DNA of 64,000 bases, taken from Arenicellales bacterium (GTDB lineage: Bacteria; Pseudomonadota; Gammaproteobacteria; Arenicellales; JAJDZL01). The translations under genes and the position numbers were made by a program. The stretch lies in assembly GCA_963664525.1 (NCBI GenBank), contig OY761535.1, forward strand, positions 1,180,046 to 1,244,045, in the 5' to 3' direction. Positions 57,980-64,000 of the stretch are shown here, one piece after another. The notes under the pieces were generated by a model that was given only the letters and a program-made list of their open reading frames with translations, made no database searches and was not told where the DNA came from. The first letter of the stretch is position 1. Every line of letters begins with the position of its first letter.

Positions 57980-60352
57980 ATGAATGAACGAACTAATCTA
58001 TCCACTCTGAATTCGTCTGCCAAATCTTTTGTACCTGGCATGCAAAACTCTGTCGCAGGACGAGAGCGCTACTGCATTCGAGGTGGTGCGATGGTAGTCA
58101 TCGCGCTAAACCCGGGTGACAAAATTGAAATTGTTGATCCTGAAGGACTGCAATGCGTACACATCGTCGCTTTTGAGGCCAGTGGAACCTATTGCTCCGG
58201 GCAATTTTCACCGACCCGAATGACTCAAGGCTTGCAGCTCGCATCCATGTTGCAACAACCATCATCCGGAGCGAAAAAAATCAGCGACAAACTCAAACTA
58301 TTTGATATTGATCTTGCATCTGCACCAACTGCGGTGCTGCTCGACGGTGAGACCCAAGCTGATTCGCGAGTTACCCGAATCATCGAAAATGAATGCATCG
58401 GCATATTTGGTGCGCCAGGTGGCCCCATGTATGCTAATGAGCAGAATCCACCCACTGACTTGATTTTATGGGTCTCCCGCAACGATGATCTTGCTGATAT
58501 TGTCATCAATCCACCAGACCCTTTGGCCGAGCCGTCGCAGGATTTTAGAATCAAGGCCTCCAGTGCGCAAAGTTATGAAGTTAAAGCGGGGCAATTCATT
58601 CAAATTTTGGATATTAACGGGCGACAGTGCTCGGACTTTCAATGTTTCGACGTCCATGCGCTTGATCGCTCAGTAGAGCGAAATCTTGATGCCACGGCAA
58701 CACGAAGCATGATCGGTACCGCCTATCCAAGGCCTGGACTTTATTCGAAATTTTTTGATACTGACCTTGACCCGTTGATCGAAGTTGTACAGGACACCTG
58801 CGGACGACATGACAGTTTCGGTCTTGCCTGCACCAGCAAGTACTATGACGAGATGGGCTACCCCGGTCACGTGAATTGCTCGGACAATTTTAATTTTGCA
58901 CTCCAGGAATATCCAATCGCCCCTCGCAAGGGCTGGATGGCGATCAACTTCTTTTTCAATTCCTTTTTTGACGGTAGTTATCAACTTTTCATGGACGAGC
59001 CCTGGTCCAGACCGGGTGACTACGTACTCATGCGTGCAAGCCGAGACCTAGTCTGTGTTTCCTCGTCGTGCAGTGACGACATTGATGCAGCCAATGCATG
59101 GAACCCGACTGACATTCAGGTACGCGTTTATGAGGACAAGGACATTTTCAAGCGCTCTTTTGCAGTGCGTAAAACTATTGATGAGGAACCTGTGATGACG
59201 CAAGAAACCGGATTTCACATTGAGACTTCAAAACTAACGCGAAATTTTACGGATTATCAGGGATATTGGCTTGCAAATAACTATAGTAATCTTGGAGAAA
59301 TTACAGAATATTGGGCATGTCGGGAAGGCGCTGTGATGATTGACCTTTCACCGCTGCGCAAGTACGAGGTCACAGGTCCCGATGCAGAACGACTTATGCA
59401 AAAATGCGTGACTCGAGATATGAAGAAACTCTCAGTCGGGCAGGTTACCTATACGGCAATGTGTAATATTTCCGGGGGAATGATTGATGATGGGACTGTA
59501 TTTCGCCTCGGTCAAGATAACTTTCGCTGGGTTGGAGGTGCCGATGATTCAGGGCTGTGGCTTCGAAAGCAAGCCAAGGAGCTTGGACTGCAAGCGTGGG
59601 TGAAAAATTCTACAGATCAACTCGCCAACGTGCAGGTTCAAGGACCGGACAGTCGATCCATTTTGCAAGAGGTTGTTTGGACACGTCCTGACCAGGCATC
59701 TGTTGATGAACTTGGCTGGTTTCGATTTTCGATCGCCCGAATGAATGATGCCAATGGAATTCCTATCGTAATTTCACGTACGGGATACACAGGTGAGTTG
59801 GGATACGAGATCTTTTGTCATCCCCGCGACGCTGCAAATGTGTGGCAAACGCTAATGAATGCAAAAAATGCCAGCAAACTTAAGCCCATGGGACTTGGCG
59901 CGCTGGATTTTCTCAGAATCGAAGCGGGACTGATTTTCGCCGGTTCTGAGTTTTGTGAACAGACTGATCCTTTTGAAGCTGGCATTCCTTTTACCGTCCC
60001 ACTAAAATCCAAAACGGATGATTTTATCGGGCGTGACGCACTGCTTAAGCGCAAAGCGAACCCCCAACGAAAGTTGGTTGGCTTGGACGTAGAAGGACGC
60101 GATGCTGTTGAACACGCAGATGGCGTATTTATTGGCCGCCAGAAAGTTGGTGAGATCACCAGCGCCTGTGTTTCACCTGTCTTGGGTAAATCAATCGCAC
60201 TTTGCAGAATGAACATTGAGTATGCTGCGGATGGTACACACATCGAAATCGGTAAACTTGACCAGCATCAAAAACGAATTCCTGCAGTGGTAGTACCCTT
60301 TCCACATTTTGACCCTGAGAAAAAACGGGTGCGAGGAATATACGAATCATAA
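57980..60352 (+). CDS. Fusion protein: N-terminal DUF1989 (urea-carboxylase-associated-like) domain + C-terminal GcvT-type aminomethyltransferase
   Basis: The C-terminal half has GcvT-family signatures (MIDLSPLRKYEVTGPDA, GYTGELGYEIF, RIEAGL). The N-terminal ~380 aa resemble DUF1989 proteins (GGAMVVIALNPGDKIEIVDPEGLQ...). Confidence 0.75.
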   Translation: MNERTNLSTLNSSAKSFVPGMQNSVAGRERYCIRGGAMVVIALNPGDKIEIVDPEGLQCVHIVAFEASGTYCSGQFSPTRMTQGLQLASMLQQPSSGAKKISDKLKLFDIDLASAPTAVLLDGETQADSRVTRIIENECIGIFGAPGGPMYANEQNPPTDLILWVSRNDDLADIVINPPDPLAEPSQDFRIKASSAQSYEVKAGQFIQILDINGRQCSDFQCFDVHALDRSVERNLDATATRSMIGTAYPRPGLYSKFFDTDLDPLIEVVQDTCGRHDSFGLACTSKYYDEMGYPGHVNCSDNFNFALQEYPIAPRKGWMAINFFFNSFFDGSYQLFMDEPWSRPGDYVLMRASRDLVCVSSSCSDDIDAANAWNPTDIQVRVYEDKDIFKRSFAVRKTIDEEPVMTQETGFHIETSKLTRNFTDYQGYWLANNYSNLGEITEYWACREGAVMIDLSPLRKYEVTGPDAERLMQKCVTRDMKKLSVGQVTYTAMCNISGGMIDDGTVFRLGQDNFRWVGGADDSGLWLRKQAKELGLQAWVKNSTDQLANVQVQGPDSRSILQEVVWTRPDQASVDELGWFRFSIARMNDANGIPIVISRTGYTGELGYEIFCHPRDAANVWQTLMNAKNASKLKPMGLGALDFLRIEAGLIFAGSEFCEQTDPFEAGIPFTVPLKSKTDDFIGRDALLKRKANPQRKLVGLDVEGRDAVEHADGVFIGRQKVGEITSACVSPVLGKSIALCRMNIEYAADGTHIEIGKLDQHQKRIPAVVVPFPHFDPEKKRVRGIYES

Positions 60353-60402
60353 GCCGATGAATTCTGCGACTTGGGAAAAGTAGCAGACACCGCTGAATGA
60401 TT

Positions 60403-60426
60403 GATTCACCAAATCTACGGTGAATC
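60403..60426. terminator. 8-bp-stem hairpin between convergent genes (no clear U-run)
   Basis: GATTCACC (60403-60410) / GGTGAATC (60419-60426). Confidence 0.35.
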
Positions 60427-60444
60427 GTAGCGGTTCGCCGTCAT

Positions 60445-61152
60445 CTATATGCCAAGGTAAGCTGTCTTTACGTGCTCGTTGTCAGCCAGGCTCTGCGCGC
60501 TGCCATGCATTGTGATTCTGCCATTTTCCAGCACGTATCCATGATCGACGAGTTTTAATGCAAGGTCGGCATTTTGCTCAACCAAAATAACAGTGACGCC
60601 CAATTTATGAATCTCTTGCAGGATCAATCCAATCTCCTGCACGATCAATGGGGCTAAACCCAAAGATGGCTCATCAAGCAGCAATATCTTCGGTCTCGAC
60701 ATCAGCGCCCTACCAATTGACAGCATCTGCTGCTCACCACCGCTCAAAGTTCGAGCCTGTTGACCGCTTCGTTCTTTCAGTTTAGGAAAATGACTGTAAA
60801 CCGAATTCAAATCCTCGTTAATGCGTTCCTGGTCATTGAATATAAAAGCACCTAGCATCAGGTTTTCCAACACAGACAGGTCTTTAAATACACGACGCCC
60901 CTCCGGCACATGTGCAATCCCCAGACCGAGCAGCTTGTTCGCCGGGATGTGATCGATTCGCTTTCCATCGAGTAAAATCTGTCCGGACGTCGGCCTTACC
61001 AGCCCGGAAATTGTGCGAAGCGTGGTACTTTTGCCTGCTCCATTGGAACCGATCAGTGTGATAAACGAACCCGTCGGGGCTGAGAAACTGATACCCTTGA
61101 GCGCCGCGACATTGTGATAACTCACCTTTAGGTCGTTGACGACCAGCTCCAT
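60445..61152 (-). CDS. Branched-chain amino acid (HAAT-family) ABC transporter ATP-binding protein, LivF-like
   Basis: Walker A GSNGAGKST, signature LSGGEQQML, Walker B LLLDEPS. ATG at 61152 preceded by GGAGG. Confidence 0.9.
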   Translation of the reverse strand: MELVVNDLKVSYHNVAALKGISFSAPTGSFITLIGSNGAGKSTTLRTISGLVRPTSGQILLDGKRIDHIPANKLLGLGIAHVPEGRRVFKDLSVLENLMLGAFIFNDQERINEDLNSVYSHFPKLKERSGQQARTLSGGEQQMLSIGRALMSRPKILLLDEPSLGLAPLIVQEIGLILQEIHKLGVTVILVEQNADLALKLVDHGYVLENGRITMHGSAQSLADNEHVKTAYLGI

Positions 61153-61156
61153 GCGA

Positions 61157-61912
61157 TCAACCTCCACCCAGGTAAGCTTGTATTACGTCAGGATTATTGC
61201 GCACACGCTCTGGTGTGCCATCATCCAGTACCGTACCAAAGTTCAATACCACGAGCCTGTCGCATAATCCCATCACTGCTTTCATATTGTGCTCAACGAG
61301 TACGATTGTCACACCTGTTTCGCGTACCCTTTCAGTCAATTCCATCATATGACGGGTTTCTTCCGGATTCATTCCTGCGAAAGGTTCGTCCATCAAAAGC
61401 AAACTTGGCCGTGATGCCAACGCAATTGCGACAGCCAGGCTTCTTTGCAATCCAAGTGGCAACTCCGCCGCCAATTGTTCTCGACGGTCACTCAGACCCA
61501 TGAATTCGAGCATTTCCAACGCAGAATCAACGGCACTTCGCTGTCGGTCCCGATCCAAACCCAGCATTGCCGAAAATATGTTTGTTCGAGCATCCTGATG
61601 TGTTCCAATCAAAACATTTTCGAAAACTGTTAATTCTTGAAACAATGTCGTTTCCTGGAACGTTCGCACGACTCCCAATGCTGCAATCTTCGATGGTTTC
61701 TGATTGGTAATGCTTGTATTGCGAAACAACACATCGCCACTGGTTGGTGAAAGAAATCCGGCAATCATTTTGAATGTTGTGCTCTTACCTGCCCCATTGG
61801 GTCCAATCAGGCCTCGAATTTCACCTTCATCGACCGAAAAACTCACTTGATCGACCGCCACTAATCCACCAAAGCGCATCGTAAGATTGTTAACCTGCAA
61901 GATTTCTGTCAT
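61157..61912 (-). CDS. HAAT-family ABC transporter ATP-binding protein, LivG-like
   Basis: [16 protein letters not shown], Walker [19 protein letters not shown]. The ATG at 61912 overlaps the livM-like stop (ATGA). The ORF-track 5' extension overlaps the permease gene and was trimmed. Confidence 0.9.
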   Translation of the reverse strand: MTEILQVNNLTMRFGGLVAVDQVSFSVDEGEIRGLIGPNGAGKSTTFKMIAGFLSPTSGDVLFRNTSITNQKPSKIAALGVVRTFQETTLFQELTVFENVLIGTHQDARTNIFSAMLGLDRDRQRSAVDSALEMLEFMGLSDRREQLAAELPLGLQRSLAVAIALASRPSLLLMDEPFAGMNPEETRHMMELTERVRETGVTIVLVEHNMKAVMGLCDRLVVLNFGTVLDDGTPERVRNNPDVIQAYLGGG

Positions 61913-62877
61913 ACAGGTTCCTCGCGCCGTGTCCGAAATAACTGTTTGATCTTCTGTGGTATGCTTTCCAGTCCACCGGGCAGATACAAAATAAACAAGA
62001 TCAAAGTAGCACCATAAATTGCGGGGCGTAACTGCGCAACGCCGCGTAGCATTTCGTCGATGATAGACAGTACCACCGCACCAAGAATTGCTCCATAAAA
62101 TGTTCGGTAGCCGCCAACAATCACCCAAATCAGGATAAACACCATAAAACCAATATCGAACTGCTTTGGTGCAACTGTACCGATATAGTGAACTTTCAAA
62201 GCACCTGCGATTCCGACAAACAAAGACCCAACGACAAAGGCTAATGTTCGATAGTTCCACGTATTAACGCCAACAGATTCGGCTAGCACCCCTTTCCAGT
62301 GAACGGCGTGTAAGGTCAGTCCTATTCGAGATTTTTCAATTCGATAAAGCAGGTATACGCAAATACCGACAATGATCAGTACCATGTAAAAATAAGGTAT
62401 CGGCTCTAGAAAATCGATGTTCATTAACTCCGGAGATGGAATTGCGCTGGTGCCGCCCGTACCACCAAACGGCTTGATGAATTGAATCCAGCACAGTCGA
62501 ATGGCCTCGCCTGCAGCAAATGAGCCGATCAAAAAATAAAACTGTGTCATCCGAAACAGCGGATAACTTAACAACAACGCGACGACCCCAGCCATTACCC
62601 CGGCTAGCGGCAAAGTAATCCAGAACGAAATATCGAAATTCTTGCTCAGCAGTGCGCTGGTATATGCTCCTACGCCCATCATGACAGCATGAATCAGCGA
62701 CCACTCACCTGTCAGTGTTACGAGGCGGTAACTCACCACAACCAATATGTTGATTGTGAGAAAGATCAGAAAATCCTGCTGGTGATATTTCAAAAAATGC
62801 GGCAATATAACCAGCCCAGCAAAGAGTAACACCAACAAAAGTGCCACTTTGAGATTGAATTTACGCGAACTATTCAC
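61909..62877 (-). CDS. HAAT-family ABC transporter permease, LivM-like
   Basis: 322 aa, polytopic membrane protein, between the LivH-like and LivG-like genes. Confidence 0.85.
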   Translation of the reverse strand: MNSSRKFNLKVALLLVLLFAGLVILPHFLKYHQQDFLIFLTINILVVVSYRLVTLTGEWSLIHAVMMGVGAYTSALLSKNFDISFWITLPLAGVMAGVVALLLSYPLFRMTQFYFLIGSFAAGEAIRLCWIQFIKPFGGTGGTSAIPSPELMNIDFLEPIPYFYMVLIIVGICVYLLYRIEKSRIGLTLHAVHWKGVLAESVGVNTWNYRTLAFVVGSLFVGIAGALKVHYIGTVAPKQFDIGFMVFILIWVIVGGYRTFYGAILGAVVLSIIDEMLRGVAQLRPAIYGATLILFILYLPGGLESIPQKIKQLFRTRREEPV

Positions 62878-63763
62878 TGACCCGGTGCCCCATGATGCCA
62901 GTCGGTCGCACGATCAGTACCAGTACCATGATCAACAGCCCTGATATCGTTGCAATGGTACCGCTGAAATAAGTGGTGACAAAAGTATGGAACAAGGCAT
63001 AGAGAACAGACGCGATGACTGCGCCTGGAAGGCTGCCAACTCCTCCAACAATGGTCACAATGAATGCAGTGATGATCACATTGTGTCCCATGTGAGGATT
63101 AATGTTAGTCAACGGTGCCATCAACGCGCCAGCGAGTCCTGCCATTGCTGCACCCACACCGATTGCAACCGTAGAAATACGAATCGTACTGATTCCCTGC
63201 AAAGTGGCAGCTTCACGGTCCATTGAAACAGCCCTGATTGCCCAGCCAAGCTTTGTGCGAGTCAGAAAATACCAAAGCAGCGCCAGCGCCAAGATTGAAA
63301 CTGCGATACTGAACAGTCGCTGGTAAGGGATCCGTATCGTGTCCATCAGGATAAGCGTCCCTTCAAACGGTGGCGGCACCTGCTTGGATGGACCTTCTCC
63401 GCCGACATAGGTGGCGACGACCTGCAGCACGAACAGCACACCGATCGAACAAATTAAACCGCCAAGCGGATCATTGATCATGGGACGAAACAAAAACCGT
63501 TCCATCAGCAGTCCGATCCCAGTCACAAGCAAAATTGCCAAGATCACCGTGAGCAGGTATGGCATGCCATACTGGGCGTGGAATAACCAGATGGTATATG
63601 CGCCAATCATTACGAGCTCGCCATGCGCGAAGTTGACCACCCGCATCACGCCGAAAACAAGCACCAACCCGATCGCGGCCAGCGCATAAAACCCACTTTG
63701 GATAAATCCGTTTACAACGGTCTGGACAAATAAATCCAACTGCTTATCCTTCTTGATTCGCAA
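62870..63763 (-). CDS. HAAT-family ABC transporter permease, LivH-like
   Basis: 297 aa, polytopic. NFAHGELVMIGAY motif typical of LivH. Confidence 0.85.
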   Translation of the reverse strand: MRIKKDKQLDLFVQTVVNGFIQSGFYALAAIGLVLVFGVMRVVNFAHGELVMIGAYTIWLFHAQYGMPYLLTVILAILLVTGIGLLMERFLFRPMINDPLGGLICSIGVLFVLQVVATYVGGEGPSKQVPPPFEGTLILMDTIRIPYQRLFSIAVSILALALLWYFLTRTKLGWAIRAVSMDREAATLQGISTIRISTVAIGVGAAMAGLAGALMAPLTNINPHMGHNVIITAFIVTIVGGVGSLPGAVIASVLYALFHTFVTTYFSGTIATISGLLIMVLVLIVRPTGIMGHRVSE

Positions 63764-63778
63764 TCACAATACAAAAAA

Positions 63779-63806
63779 GGGGAGAGCCAAAATCTCTCCC
63801 CTTTTT
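63779..63806. terminator. Hairpin with flanking A- and T-runs between the substrate-binding protein gene and the permease genes
   Basis: GGGGAGAG (63779-63786) / CTCTCCCC (63794-63801), flanked by AAAAAA and TTTTT. It could act on either strand; on the minus strand it would attenuate between the SBP and permease genes. Confidence 0.6.
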
Positions 63807-63823
63807 GATTTGTGAATCAAAAT

Positions 63824-64000
63824 TTACACAGTTCGAAGTCCCATGTCTTTCATATGTTTGATGAGAACATCATTATTCGCATCCAACCAGGCAGACAAGT
63901 CTCCGTATTCTTGAATTCTCGCTTTTCCGTCGTCAATCGTCACTACGGGCCAGCGTCCAACCAGAACGTTATCAAGCCCCCAAAGTTGGCTGCCCCACCA
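63824..64000 (-). CDS. ABC transporter substrate-binding protein, C-terminal 58 aa only (5' part off-window)
   Basis: Open frame ...WWGSQLWGLDNVLVGRWPVVTIDDGKARIQEYGDLSAWLDANNDVLIKHMKDMGLRTV* ending at the TAA (63824-63826). The position upstream of the Liv-like permeases suggests the cognate SBP. Confidence 0.55.
   Translation of the reverse strand, partial: WWGSQLWGLDNVLVGRWPVVTIDDGKARIQEYGDLSAWLDANNDVLIKHMKDMGLRTV

Noticed and set aside
61913-62260. Long N-terminal extension of the LivG-like ORF (367 aa in the ORF track)
   Set aside because: The extension overlaps the LivM-like permease gene in another frame and is Cys/Trp/Arg-rich nonsense. The conserved ATPase starts at [10 protein letters not shown], with an ATGA overlap to the permease stop.

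Overview
This 64-kb window comes from a moderately AT-rich, gammaproteobacterial-type chromosome. The core synteny is lptG-lptF/pepA-holC-valS and tig-clpP-clpX-lon-hupB-tRNA-ppiD.

The left ~13.5 kb is accessory DNA.
- (i) A stack of nested mobile elements. Two tandem tyrosine recombinases look like the end of a recombinase-in-trio (RIT) element, and one is split by a complete 1788-bp IS with a 6-bp target duplication. A truncated IS21 istA follows with its multi-repeat end, then a 3'-truncated IS1634-family transposase.
- (ii) A visibly AT-rich islet carrying two co-oriented reverse transcriptases (RTs). One is 412 aa with a canonical YVDD motif. The other is 610 aa with YVDN and a ~280-aa helical C-terminal domain.
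- A structured non-coding element containing a CACACACA tract lies immediately 3' of the large RT.
- A 2.5-kb IS91-family element (tyrosine recombinase + HUH/Y2 transposase) is inserted between the two RT genes.

I read this as a DRT type 3-like (UG3 + UG8 + ncRNA) defence locus that has been split by an IS. It is the most interesting item in the window. The family assignment rests on motifs, size and architecture only.

Other notable points:
- Both bacterioferritin paralogs carry in-frame nonsense codons at conserved positions.
- There is a decayed head-to-head AbiE-like toxin-antitoxin islet with an IS5 remnant.
- An intact XRE-ImmA/IrrE + DUF4411 pair is present.
- There is a DUF1989-GcvT fusion gene.
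- An amine-catabolism-like cluster combines a trimethylamine-dehydrogenase family enzyme, a class III aminotransferase, RidA and an HpaB-like protein.
- A glpK + flavoprotein operon shows 4-nt start/stop overlaps.

Four tRNAs were identified by hand-folding: Asp-GTC, Val-TAC, Leu-TAG and Val-CAC. No CRISPR array or rRNA was seen.
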